From: an uncultured Candidatus Saccharibacteria bacterium
GTDB lineage: Bacteria > Patescibacteriota > Minisyncoccia > Phycocordibacterales > UBA1006
Reading direction: 5' to 3'
Assembly (NCBI GenBank): GCA_964350165.1
Contig: CAYGJA010000001.1
Span: forward strand, 4,947 to 68,946
Length of the DNA stretch: 64,000 nt
Each line of letters starts with the position of its first letter. The stretch's first letter is position 1. The position numbers were made by a program, and so were the translations under genes. Positions 27,838 to 37,555 of this stretch are shown piece after piece. The notes below the pieces were generated by a model. That model had not been told where the DNA came from, searched no databases, and was given only the letters and a program-made list of their open reading frames with translations.

Positions 27838-27872
27838 GCCTTGCAATTAATTTTGCAAGGCCTCTTTTTTTT
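27838..27872 (+). terminator. Intrinsic terminator (paralogue of 26606)
   Basis: GCCTTGCAA-ttaatt-TTGCAAGGC followed by T9. Confidence 0.65.
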
Positions 27873-27889
27873 ACTATACAATTACTCAT

Positions 27890-28288
27890 ATGTTTTTCTG
27901 GAAGCGAGCGAAACCAAAACCCAAAAGGAAACCACCACGGATGACAAAAGCGCGGCGGCACTATCTGGCACACCGGGAAACAGCCCGCACTCTGATCCAT
28001 TCCAAAGTAGAACATTGGAACCAGTTTTATCATTACCCAATCGGTCAAATCCGAACCAAAGACGTCAAAACCAGATGGGGGAGCTGTTCTTCGCTCGGGA
28101 ATCTGAACTTTAATTACAAAATCCTCTTTCTACCCGAACATTTGCAGGACTATATTGTGGTCCACGAATTATGCCATTTGCGTCAGATGAACCACGGACC
28201 CAATTTCTGGAACCTTGTAGCGGAAACAATTCCTGAATATAAAAAATGCATTGCCGAGCTTGGACGCATGCATATAAAAATCACGTAA
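27890..28288 (+). CDS. DUF45/YgjP-like zinc metallohydrolase (HExxH)
   Basis: 132 aa with TRWGSCSS...YIVVHELCHLRQMNHGPNFW. Confidence 0.65.
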   Translation: MFFWKRAKPKPKRKPPRMTKARRHYLAHRETARTLIHSKVEHWNQFYHYPIGQIRTKDVKTRWGSCSSLGNLNFNYKILFLPEHLQDYIVVHELCHLRQMNHGPNFWNLVAETIPEYKKCIAELGRMHIKIT

Positions 28289-28338
28289 AAAATGTATCAA
28301 AAAATAAAATAAAGCGACTCTTGTGGTATTATTTTTAT

Positions 28339-29100
28339 ATGAATATGCAAAAGCTCATTATCCCAGCTTTACTCATCCTGGCGCTGACCGGTATTGTCTA
28401 TCGTGCAACCAGGCCCCATCTGGAACCAGAAAAATACGTAAAACAGGAAAAAGAAGAAGCTCCCAAGGAAACCATCAGCGGCATGTTGACTTATGGGGCC
28501 GAAGTGCGCAGTTTTGTGCCTTGTGGAGTTGCCGAAAGAGACGCTGGTTGGATGACCTTTGGTGACCCCAATGTTGCCAGTGATCTGCGGCAAGTATACG
28601 AAGAAGCCACTGCCGGCAGGCTACCGTACACACCTGTTTTTGCTACCATAGTAGCCGACATTGCTGATACTCCGGCCGAAGGCTTTGGCGCAGATTATGC
28701 CACCACCTACATCGTCGAAAAAATCCAAGAAATTGACGCCAATCGCACCTGCCAAAGCAATGATATCACTCTACACACGCCACTATCGGGAAGCTCGATT
28801 CAATCGCCCCTGATTATCACCGGGGAAGCTCGTGGAACCTGGTTCTTCGAAGGAAGCATGAGCGTCGTTCTGACTAATTGGGATGGGGAAATCATTGCCG
28901 AAGGAGTCCTCCAAGCTGACGGCGAATGGATGACCGAATCATTGGTGGCCTTTTATGGTGAATTAGAATACGAAACGCCAGCCTATGGTGAACGAGGACA
29001 CTTGATTATCCAAGCCGCCAATCCGTCTGGCTTGCCAGAGCATGACAAAGCCCTCGAAATCATTGTGCAATTTTCGGAACAACAAAATGAAAATGAGTAA
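28339..29100 (+). CDS. Hypothetical secreted protein, possibly with a Gmad2-like Ig domain
   Basis: The ATG at 28339 (MNMQKLIIPALLILALTG) gives a signal peptide. The C-terminal beta-rich domain reads LIITGEARGTWFFEGSMSVVL. The track start at 28246 overlaps the upstream gene. Confidence 0.4.
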   Translation: MNMQKLIIPALLILALTGIVYRATRPHLEPEKYVKQEKEEAPKETISGMLTYGAEVRSFVPCGVAERDAGWMTFGDPNVASDLRQVYEEATAGRLPYTPVFATIVADIADTPAEGFGADYATTYIVEKIQEIDANRTCQSNDITLHTPLSGSSIQSPLIITGEARGTWFFEGSMSVVLTNWDGEIIAEGVLQADGEWMTESLVAFYGELEYETPAYGERGHLIIQAANPSGLPEHDKALEIIVQFSEQQNENE

Positions 29101-29205
29101 AACCAATTACAAAAATTGTTGTCTCAACCATCGACTCTGCTGTCTGGGCTGTTAGTTTTTTAGTAATTTTACTCTCACTAATCACCCCCGACAGGGGTTT
29201 TTATT

Positions 29206-29952
29206 ATGGACATACAACCAGACATACTTGCCCAGCGATTTCTCTTTGTTTTTGCACACCCTGACGACGAATCCTTTTATTCCGGAGGGTTGATATCAAA
29301 AATAATTCAAAGTGGCGGTCAGGCAAAAATCATAGCACTGACTAATGGCAATCAAGGAACGATCCACGGAGTCACTAACCGGAAATATTCTATCGGGGAG
29401 ACCCGGATAAATGAATTTAAAAAAGCAACCGCAATTTTAGGAACAAAAGACATATTGGTTGGACCATTTCCTGATGGGCAAGTTGATCAAATCGACAAGG
29501 CAGAGCTACTCGATTTTATTCTTCATCAAAGCCTTCTTTTTCAGCCAGATATTATTGTAACTTTTGGAGATGAGCCTTTTTACAATCACCGAGATCATAT
29601 TGAAACTGAACAGATAGTTACCGAGGCCACGATAATAATGAATCTGCATCAAAAAAATAAAACTATTTTGTGGAAAAGAGGCTACGCGCCGAATCAATTA
29701 CCCTCACATTATTCTCTAAGAAATCTACACAGAAAACGTACCCCAACCTCAAGAAAAAAATATCACGAACTAGCAACCCACCAAAAAGGAACTTTCCAGG
29801 TCACCCTAGACCCTTTGCTTATCAAAAAAAGAAAACTCGCAATTCTATGTCATCAAACCCAAAAACCAGAAATATTCGCCCTTCATCTAGGTCTTCCAGA
29901 AAACACAATTGAATACTATCAACAAATTCAAGTAAATCAGGACACATTTTGA
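29206..29952 (+). CDS. PIG-L/LmbE-family N-acetylglucosaminyl deacetylase
   Basis: 248 aa with FLFVFAHPDDESFYSGG, NHRDH, and the C-terminal LAILCHQTQ. Confidence 0.7.
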   Translation: MDIQPDILAQRFLFVFAHPDDESFYSGGLISKIIQSGGQAKIIALTNGNQGTIHGVTNRKYSIGETRINEFKKATAILGTKDILVGPFPDGQVDQIDKAELLDFILHQSLLFQPDIIVTFGDEPFYNHRDHIETEQIVTEATIIMNLHQKNKTILWKRGYAPNQLPSHYSLRNLHRKRTPTSRKKYHELATHQKGTFQVTLDPLLIKKRKLAILCHQTQKPEIFALHLGLPENTIEYYQQIQVNQDTF

Positions 29953-30020
29953 GAATTGAGGCAAACAAAGGAGATAGGGTATAGTGAGAGAACTTACAGT
30001 AACAAACCACACACATTCAT

Positions 30021-30986
30021 ATGGTCAAATCTAACACCTTTATCACAATTATTCTCGTCGCTCTGATTGCTCTTGCTGCCGGCTGGTACATAGGACAAGA
30101 AGATCTGGTAAATCTAAACAAAACAAGCGAGGAAGCTATTGAAACAGAAGAAACTCCAATTATTGTAGAAATACCAGAAAAACCAGAAATCGTACTCCCT
30201 GAATTAAATGGTCTAGAAATTAATGTCCCAGATGAAGAGGTGACGGTACAAATTAATCAAGAGGCGACCGAATCCGGCAGTACTACTTCTCTTTTTATTG
30301 GAACAACAACAGATAATGAAAACCAGACTACAAACACCGTTACCTTGGTAGACAATCAACTCACGGCAATTAATGCAGACCATTTTGTTGTGCCTTTTTT
30401 GCTAAATACTGGCGGTACTGGAACTTTTTTATATCTTGGTCTTCTGGAAAACATAAACGGAATCGTCAACCACACTCAATCGGTGTTTTTGGGTGATCGC
30501 ATTGGGTTTGAATCTGTCTTGGTGAATAACGGAGTGATTAGCGTAAAAACACTAGAACGTTATGAGGGTCAGCCCTTTAGCGCTGAGCCAGAAATCTCGA
30601 TAGCACACAATTTTGTCTTGGAAAATAATGAACTAGTGTTAATGGAAAAGTATACAAACATAGAACCTTCTGAAGTATTCTTATCAGTATCTCTTACCAC
30701 CGAAACGCTATTTCCAATCGAATTAACCGGCTCGCTTCCTCAAAACTGGTTCTTTGAAGGAGATTTTCCAATCACAATTCTTGTAGATGGGGAAAAAGCT
30801 TTTTCAACTTTTGGAGTTCGCGACGAAACCAGCACCGAAAACGCGCAACAATCTTTTACGGCCACTCTATCTCCAGAAGAGTCTCTAGACTGGACAAACA
30901 AAGAAGTCACTCTGGTGCTCGAAAAAGACAATGTTTCCGAGAACCGCTCTCTTGATGCTAGTTACAGTAGAATAATTGCGCGCTAA
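30021..30986 (+). CDS. Hypothetical membrane-anchored extracellular protein
   Basis: 321 aa with an N-terminal TM helix, an acidic linker, and a T/N-rich beta domain. Confidence 0.4.
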   Translation: MVKSNTFITIILVALIALAAGWYIGQEDLVNLNKTSEEAIETEETPIIVEIPEKPEIVLPELNGLEINVPDEEVTVQINQEATESGSTTSLFIGTTTDNENQTTNTVTLVDNQLTAINADHFVVPFLLNTGGTGTFLYLGLLENINGIVNHTQSVFLGDRIGFESVLVNNGVISVKTLERYEGQPFSAEPEISIAHNFVLENNELVLMEKYTNIEPSEVFLSVSLTTETLFPIELTGSLPQNWFFEGDFPITILVDGEKAFSTFGVRDETSTENAQQSFTATLSPEESLDWTNKEVTLVLEKDNVSENRSLDASYSRIIAR

Positions 30987-31037
30987 ACAAAACACACCCA
31001 ACAAAAAAGAAATAACGCTGCGTGCTACCATATCAGT

Positions 31038-31829
31038 ATGGAACCACCTTTCTCATCTGGATTTTTAAGACTGACTGGATTAATTCTAGCTTCTGTTGCA
31101 GTCCTCATCGCTATTTTCTTTTTCACCAACATTGGCTCGTATTCACTAAGCGGAGAAGCAAAAACCGAAACCACCTCATTAGAAAATTTTGACCTTTTGT
31201 CTTTCTCTGGCTCTGGCACCATTGAACTAAAAACAGGACCCAACAGACAAATCGCCGTAACAACAGACGCTAGCCTTATCGACAAAGTACAGATAGATCA
31301 AAAAGACAAGGAAGTTGCGATTAGTCTAGAGACACTCGACTATATCCGCTCCCTAAAATTAGAGCCAGATTCAATTCGCTATGTCGTAACGTCACCCGAA
31401 TACACCCACATAAAAACGTCTGGCTCTTTTGCTCTTGTCAATAATCAAGAAATCAGCGGCGGAGAAATCAGCATAGAAACGAAAGGCAAAACAAACATCA
31501 ATCTTGATGTCTTGGCGAACAGTCTTGATCTTCGGTTTACTGGTCAAACGAGTGGTTCTTTTTCTGGTAATTCTTTTGGTACCAGCACCATTGTTGCTAA
31601 CGGAGACAGCGAACTAGATTTTGAATCTTTTCTGGGAAACCATATTCACTACACAGGAAATGGAAACCATCAAAGTAATTTTGGGAAACCTGCGGCACTC
31701 CAAGCAGAGCTAAATGGCGTTGGGATTTTAGAGTATCTAGAAACACCCAAAGAGCTTTCCATAAAAATCCAAGGAAGAGGAGTCGTTCAATCAAAAAAAC
31801 TTTCCGTAGAAACAGAACAAAGCAAGTAA
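31038..31829 (+). CDS. Hypothetical membrane-anchored protein with repetitive beta-strand units (DUF2807/GIN-like?)
   Basis: 263 aa with an N-terminal TM helix and repeated SGSG/TGQTSGSFSGNSFG motifs. Confidence 0.35.
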   Translation: MEPPFSSGFLRLTGLILASVAVLIAIFFFTNIGSYSLSGEAKTETTSLENFDLLSFSGSGTIELKTGPNRQIAVTTDASLIDKVQIDQKDKEVAISLETLDYIRSLKLEPDSIRYVVTSPEYTHIKTSGSFALVNNQEISGGEISIETKGKTNINLDVLANSLDLRFTGQTSGSFSGNSFGTSTIVANGDSELDFESFLGNHIHYTGNGNHQSNFGKPAALQAELNGVGILEYLETPKELSIKIQGRGVVQSKKLSVETEQSK

Positions 31830-31834
31830 TAACT

Positions 31835-33100
31835 ATGGCAAAAATAAAAAACCGTTCAGAAATAGCCACCACTAGAACACGCGAAGATTTGCTTGATTTT
31901 GTGGAAGCTGGTCTATCAGCAATAGATACCGAGGCCTGCATCAAAGAGTCCGTGTCCGTCAAAGACAATGTGCTCCACATCAAGGAGCACTCTTTTTCTT
32001 TGGCCGACAAAGACAGAGTTTTCATTATTGGCTTTGGCAAAGTCTCCTGCCAAGCAACCGAAACCCTGGAAAAGATCCTCAAAGAAAAACTTACCGGAGG
32101 AATAGCCCTCAGTAACGTTGCTAGCACTTGTGAAATAGTGACGACATACCAAGGAGAACATCCACGTGCCACACAAAAAAATGTACAGGCTTCTGGAAAA
32201 TTAGTGGAACTTGCTCAGCAGGTTGATTCTAGGGACTTGGTCATTGTCGTTGTGTCTGGAGGCGGTTCTGCGCTTTTGTGTTGGCCCGCAAGTGAATGTG
32301 ACCAGGGAAACAAGCTGTATGATAGTTTTCTAGCTGCTGGAGGAACTATTCAAGAGCTTAATACTGTACGCAAACACATTAGCAACTTAAAGGGGGGCGG
32401 ATTAGCAAAAATCCTTTACCCCGCCGAAGTCGTAAGCCTGGTATTTTCTGACATTCCAGGAGGCCAATACGAGAACATCGCCTCGGGTCCAACTTTTTTG
32501 GATCAGACAACAATATCGGATGCTCAAACAATCATTGACCAATATGGGCTCGGGACTTACGACTTAGTCGAAACCCCAAAAGACAACAAATGGTTCGAAC
32601 GTGTGACCAACATACCGATGCTTTCAAACACACACGCACTTGCGGCCATAAGCAAAAGAATCACAGAAAAAGGCTATGAGCCAATCCTCCTCGAAGACGA
32701 TCTTTTCTTGGAGCCAAAAGACCTCATTCCAAAACTCATCGCCAGAGCCAGACCTAATTCGGTTGTTATTGCTGCTGGAGAAACACGAATGCTCATTCCC
32801 AAAAATATCTCACCCGGAACAGGTGGCCGAAATACTCATACCGCTTTGGTAGCAATGGGATATGTGGCCCAAAATCAATGTTTCACCTCCATAGCCTCAG
32901 ATGGTATTGATAATTCACGGGCAGCTGGAGCAATTGCGGATAGCGAAACCAAACAACGCGGACTAGAAAACAAGATAGATATGCAAACAGCAACGAATCG
33001 TTTCGATAGTTATGAGTTTTTTAAAGAAACGGGGGATTTGATTCAAACAGGCCCAACAGAATCTAATGTTTCTGATTTTTATATTCTCATCACGAAATAA
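31835..33100 (+). CDS. Glycerate kinase (MOFRL family, glycerate 2-kinase type)
   Basis: 421 aa with an N-terminal DUF4147-like region, VVSGGGSALLCWPA, and a C-terminal MOFRL domain (GGLAKILYPAEVVSLVFSDIPGG). Confidence 0.7.
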   Translation: MAKIKNRSEIATTRTREDLLDFVEAGLSAIDTEACIKESVSVKDNVLHIKEHSFSLADKDRVFIIGFGKVSCQATETLEKILKEKLTGGIALSNVASTCEIVTTYQGEHPRATQKNVQASGKLVELAQQVDSRDLVIVVVSGGGSALLCWPASECDQGNKLYDSFLAAGGTIQELNTVRKHISNLKGGGLAKILYPAEVVSLVFSDIPGGQYENIASGPTFLDQTTISDAQTIIDQYGLGTYDLVETPKDNKWFERVTNIPMLSNTHALAAISKRITEKGYEPILLEDDLFLEPKDLIPKLIARARPNSVVIAAGETRMLIPKNISPGTGGRNTHTALVAMGYVAQNQCFTSIASDGIDNSRAAGAIADSETKQRGLENKIDMQTATNRFDSYEFFKETGDLIQTGPTESNVSDFYILITK

Positions 33101-33124
33101 GGTTTAAATTACACAAAACTAATT

Positions 33125-33133
33125 TGTTACAAT
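33125..33133 (+). promoter_or_regulatory. Extended -10 (TGtTACAAT) 6 nt upstream of the eno ATG
   Basis: TGTTACAAT-agatcc-ATG(33140). Confidence 0.45.
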
Positions 33134-33139
33134 AGATCC

Positions 33140-34387
33140 ATGCCCAATACCCTTAAAAAAATCAAAGCACGCGAGATACTTGATTCTCGAGGCAACCCAA
33201 CAGTAGAAGTCACCCTGGCAACGGATGAATATTCTGCAACCTGTTCTGTTCCTTCTGGAGCAAGCACAGGAAGCTACGAAGCCATTGAAATTCGAGATCA
33301 AGACCCGTACCGATACCATGGACTTGGTGTACAAAAAGCAATTGAGAATATACTTACCCTCATCAAGCCAGCCATTATGGGCGCAACCATTGGCGACCAG
33401 CAAGCCTTTGACCAAGTCCTGTGCGATCTTGATGGCACCAAAAACAAATCGCAATTAGGGGCAAATGCGATTTTGGCAGTAAGTATCGCGCATGCAAAAC
33501 TAGTCGCTGCAACAAAGAAAATACAACTACATGAATTTATTAGTGAGCGTTGCCACTGTGCCAGCCCGCACGATCCCAAAAACATAAGAATTTTTGCGAA
33601 CGTACTTAACGGAGGGGCTCATGTTACGGGCGGAGCCAGTGTTCAGGAATTTCAAATCATTCCCATGGAAGATAATTTGAAACAAAATCTTGAACTGATA
33701 CACGAATTTCAGTACCGACTCCAGAAACAACTTTCAGCCAATACCAGCTGTGCAATTGGTGTTGGCGATGAGGGCGGCTATGCGGCATCAAACCTAAGCA
33801 CCACGCAAATACTTGACCTGCTCCACAACATAAAAGCATCGATGCAGGTGGGAGGGAAGATAAGCTTTGGCTTAGATGTGGCCGCCAATGAACTATACGG
33901 AGATGCTCACTACAATTTGGACGGTCAAAAACTAAAACCGCACATTTACGCAGACATGTTGACAGATATGCTTGTTAACTACCAAATTTTTGCTATTGAA
34001 GATCCGTTTGCCGAATTTGAATTTGAAGCTTTTAAAAATCTTCGCAACAAACAACCGGGCACGATGATTATTGGCGACGATATTACCGTTACCAATCCTG
34101 AACGCTTACAAAAAGCATTACAGATGAAGAGCATTGACGGAATAATCATAAAACCAAACCAAATCGGCACCTTATCAGAAACCTTAGAAGTAATCTCTCT
34201 TGCTCACAAAAACAATATTCATTGCATCGCCAGTCATCGTAGTGGGGAAACTTGTGATGATTTTATCGTTGACATTGCTTGGGGCACACAATGTTTTGGA
34301 ATTAAACTAGGAGCAATGCAACGAGGAGAGCGCACCGCAAAATACAATCGATTACTCGCTCTAAACGACAAGTATGATGCAGATTAA
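33140..34387 (+). CDS. eno: Enolase
   Basis: 415 aa starting IKAREILDSRGNPTVEV, with SGASTGSYEA and the Mg ligands. Confidence 0.9.
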   Translation: MPNTLKKIKAREILDSRGNPTVEVTLATDEYSATCSVPSGASTGSYEAIEIRDQDPYRYHGLGVQKAIENILTLIKPAIMGATIGDQQAFDQVLCDLDGTKNKSQLGANAILAVSIAHAKLVAATKKIQLHEFISERCHCASPHDPKNIRIFANVLNGGAHVTGGASVQEFQIIPMEDNLKQNLELIHEFQYRLQKQLSANTSCAIGVGDEGGYAASNLSTTQILDLLHNIKASMQVGGKISFGLDVAANELYGDAHYNLDGQKLKPHIYADMLTDMLVNYQIFAIEDPFAEFEFEAFKNLRNKQPGTMIIGDDITVTNPERLQKALQMKSIDGIIIKPNQIGTLSETLEVISLAHKNNIHCIASHRSGETCDDFIVDIAWGTQCFGIKLGAMQRGERTAKYNRLLALNDKYDAD

Positions 34388-35171
34388 CAAAGGAGAAATT
34401 ATCGCCACCATCGGCCCAGCAAGCAAAGATACCGCTGTCATTGCTGACATCATCAAAGCTGGGACCACCATGCTAAGACTCAATATGTCACACGGCACTC
34501 ATCAGGAACACGGTGAGTTTATTGAAAAAATAAGAAAGATTGATGCTCAAACAAAAATTCTTATTGATTTGTCTGGTCCAAGAAAAAACAGTACAAACGG
34601 TCATGAGCACGACACCTCACAAAAAAATCTAACTCCAAAAGACCTTCATGATTTGGCATTTGCAGCCAAATACAAAGTTTCCCACGTAGCTCTTTCTTAT
34701 GTTCAGTCCGCAGAAAATATCATGGATCTAAAACAAGAACTTCGTCGACTCAATCTAACGGCAAAAATAATTGCAAAAATAGAGCACCAGACAGCTCTCG
34801 ACGCCATAGACGAAATCATTGCAGGAACTGACATCATAATGGTTGGAAGAGGCGATCTAGGCCTAGCTATTGGCGAAGAAAGAGTTCCTTTGGCGACCAT
34901 GCAAACAATTCTAAATTGCAGAAAAAAACAGACTCCTTGTTATGTGGCCACGCAAATACTAACCTCCATGAATACCGCGGCCAGCCCAACCAGAGCCGAA
35001 GCGACCGATGCCTGGCTTATTGGTTACAGTCAAGCATCTGGAGCAATGCTTTCGGATGAAACAGCCCTTGGTAAAAATCCCGCCCTAGCAGTACAATGGC
35101 TAAGCAAGCTTTATCATCAAGGCAAAAAAGACAGCCGAGAGTATCCTTTTGTTATTTCCCCCTCAATCTAA
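34374..35171 (+). CDS. pyk: Minimal pyruvate kinase (A-domain TIM barrel only; B lid and C-terminal regulatory domains absent)
   Basis: 265 aa with IATIGPAS, LRLNMSHGTH, KIEHQTA, MVGRGDLG, and SDETALG. It runs straight from the GP motif to the domain after the lid and ends right after the barrel. Overlaps the eno stop by 14 nt. Confidence 0.65.
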   Translation: MMQINKGEIIATIGPASKDTAVIADIIKAGTTMLRLNMSHGTHQEHGEFIEKIRKIDAQTKILIDLSGPRKNSTNGHEHDTSQKNLTPKDLHDLAFAAKYKVSHVALSYVQSAENIMDLKQELRRLNLTAKIIAKIEHQTALDAIDEIIAGTDIIMVGRGDLGLAIGEERVPLATMQTILNCRKKQTPCYVATQILTSMNTAASPTRAEATDAWLIGYSQASGAMLSDETALGKNPALAVQWLSKLYHQGKKDSREYPFVISPSI

Positions 35172-35176
35172 ACGTC

Positions 35177-35548
35177 ATGAAAAAAATCCTTATTATTGAA
35201 GACGAAGATCTTTTGGCCACCATCTTGACCAACAAACTCAGTGCACTTGGCTATCAGGTCGCACGAGCCAAAGATGGGGCTGAGGGCAAAGACATAGCCC
35301 TGAGCATCGAACCAGATTTAATTGTTACCGATATTCTTCTTCCTGTTTTGGATGGTGTGTCTATGGTTAGAGAAATACGAAAAGTTCTCATAGAAACCCC
35401 GATCATCATGCTCACTAATCTAGAAAAAATAGAAGAGACTAGTGATATCATGTTTTCTCCGCGCGACCTTATTCTCAAAAAAACCTACTACACCTTAGAA
35501 AAACTCATCACAATTATTTCCGATAAATTACCAATCACCAATCAGTAG
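35177..35548 (+). CDS. Response-regulator receiver domain protein (stand-alone, CheY-like)
   Basis: Starts MKKILIIEDEDLLATIL, then ...LIVTDILLPVLDG. No output domain. Confidence 0.65.
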   Translation: MKKILIIEDEDLLATILTNKLSALGYQVARAKDGAEGKDIALSIEPDLIVTDILLPVLDGVSMVREIRKVLIETPIIMLTNLEKIEETSDIMFSPRDLILKKTYYTLEKLITIISDKLPITNQ

Positions 35549-35549
35549 A

Positions 35550-35900
35550 ATGTTCATTTTTAAAATTTTTAAAATTAAAAACCACATAGAAACATTCAAT
35601 CAAGCAGCTGACAATCCGGAGTATTTTGCCAAAACAACCATTAAAAGCATGCTTACGGGCTACCTGGTCTCGTTCTTGCTAACAGTGTCTATTGTTTTGA
35701 TTGGTCTAGGTATTCTTGGCTACAGTTCTTTGGGGCAGGGCCCTTATGTTTTTGCTAGAATTTTATTCTGGATTTTCCTGATACCGACAACACTACTGCT
35801 GTTTGCAGCTTTTTCGTTTTATTCAATGATCAAAAAAAATCTACAAAAAACAAAACCTCGGACAAAACGAGATACGATTATTGATATAGACCCTGAATAA
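35550..35900 (+). CDS. Small membrane protein (2-3 TM)
   Basis: 116 aa with hydrophobic helices. Unknown family. Confidence 0.35.
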   Translation: MFIFKIFKIKNHIETFNQAADNPEYFAKTTIKSMLTGYLVSFLLTVSIVLIGLGILGYSSLGQGPYVFARILFWIFLIPTTLLLFAAFSFYSMIKKNLQKTKPRTKRDTIIDIDPE

Positions 35901-35929
35901 GCAATAAATAGAACGAATTCTTACAAAAA

Positions 35930-36472
35930 CTAATCGTTTTTTGTGTAGTTAAGATACAGACTACTGATCACAATAAGAAAAAAGAACATACATGCGGCCA
36001 TCAGAGGAATAGTCACAAAACCAAAAACCTCAATGTATGCCTCTGTACAAGAAGGACCAGAGGACGCACATTGTAGTGGAACACCTCCTCTTTGCTGGAA
36101 AGCAGGAACCATTTGAGCAAGATAATGATAGGTCGCCATAATTAAACCGGCAACGGAAAGAAAAAGTGTGTAGGGAATAATTTTCTTTGGCTCTTTTCGA
36201 TAAAGCGCTAACGCCAACAGCAGGGGGATGGGGTACATGACGATTCGCTGATACCAACAAAAACGACAAGGCTCCAGGAAGAGAATATCTGAGTACACCA
36301 ATGACCCCATTACCGCCAAAAAAGAAACCATTAGAAGAACGTGTGGTGTATTTTTGATAACAAAATTCCTAACAATTTCTTTTTTTCTGAAAACAAACAA
36401 AACCAACCCCAATAAAAATAATAGTAATCCGCCAATCCCTGCAAATGATGAGAAGTGTTCTAAAAAATCCAT
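35930..36472 (-). CDS. DsbB/BdbC-family disulfide bond formation protein
   Basis: 180 aa and 4 TM. EPCRFCWYQRIVMYP matches the BdbC-type CxxC loop. A second Cys pair is QCASSGPSC. Confidence 0.7.
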   Translation of the reverse strand: MDFLEHFSSFAGIGGLLLFLLGLVLFVFRKKEIVRNFVIKNTPHVLLMVSFLAVMGSLVYSDILFLEPCRFCWYQRIVMYPIPLLLALALYRKEPKKIIPYTLFLSVAGLIMATYHYLAQMVPAFQQRGGVPLQCASSGPSCTEAYIEVFGFVTIPLMAACMFFFLIVISSLYLNYTKND

Positions 36473-36551
36473 ATCCAGAATAATACCATTATCTTGAGTT
36501 TTCTATCCACCACAAAAAAAGAAAAGTAAGCACTCATGCTATTATTTTAGA

Positions 36552-37553
36552 ATGGAGATTCTCTATTTATATCGTGGCGAAGACGATTCCCACCTTTTTA
36601 AAAAAACTTTTGGCAACAAACATGCGATTCGTGCCATAGAAGGACCGTTACATAAAAAAATAAACACTCTGACCAACACAGAAAATATAAAAATACTTGT
36701 TGTTTTTGTTGATTCTTTGGTGACTAGAGAAATTTTAGAGAAATTTCCTAAACTTAAATTCATCGCTACTCGCTCCACGGGGATTGACCACATAGACGTT
36801 CAAGCCTGCACCGAAAAAGGAATCAAAATCGCCAATGTCCCTGGATACGGGAGTAGCAGTGTAGGGGAACTTGCAATCACTCTCTTGCTTGGGCTAGCCC
36901 GAGGAATAAAACAATCAATACTGCAAACCCATAAAGGCAATTTTGATTACCATCAAAATTTTGGTTTTGAATTGCGAGGCAAGACAATTGGAATCATGGG
37001 GACAGGTGTGATTGGTTCTTATGTGGCTGAATTGGCTCACGCCCTTCAAATGAAAGTAAAGCTTTTTGATCTGCACCCAGACCAACGATTGGCCAAGAGA
37101 GTAGACGGTGAGTACATGGACACCCTAGAAAAAATGCTCCCAGCCGTAGATGTTCTCTCTATTCACGTACCAATGAATCCTCACACCCGGCACCTCATCT
37201 CCTATGAAGAACTCGTGGCCATGAAGCGCGACTCCGTTATTATCAACACCTCGCGAGGAGGGGTTATCTACGCTCCAGCACTATTGGAAGCCATAGAAAA
37301 TGGCCATATTTTTGGAGCCGGTCTTGACGTTCTCGAGCTCGAACAATATTTATTTTCAACAAACGCTCGGCCCAAAACACCCGAACATCAATCCATCATC
37401 GTAGCAAACAGAAAACTCATGCATCATCCAAAAGTACTCCACACACTCCACCTAGGAGCCGAAACCATAGAGGCCCACACAAAAATTTACAACGAAACCC
37501 TTCAAAACATCACTTTTTTCCTTGATAAAGAGCCCCATAACCTCGTAAACTAA
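36552..37553 (+). CDS. D-isomer-specific 2-hydroxyacid dehydrogenase (NAD-dependent)
   Basis: 333 aa with GKTIGIMGTGVIGSYVA and a catalytic R/E/H pattern. TGcTATTAT lies 6 nt upstream of the ATG. Confidence 0.75.
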   Translation: MEILYLYRGEDDSHLFKKTFGNKHAIRAIEGPLHKKINTLTNTENIKILVVFVDSLVTREILEKFPKLKFIATRSTGIDHIDVQACTEKGIKIANVPGYGSSSVGELAITLLLGLARGIKQSILQTHKGNFDYHQNFGFELRGKTIGIMGTGVIGSYVAELAHALQMKVKLFDLHPDQRLAKRVDGEYMDTLEKMLPAVDVLSIHVPMNPHTRHLISYEELVAMKRDSVIINTSRGGVIYAPALLEAIENGHIFGAGLDVLELEQYLFSTNARPKTPEHQSIIVANRKLMHHPKVLHTLHLGAETIEAHTKIYNETLQNITFFLDKEPHNLVN

Positions 37554-37555
37554 TC

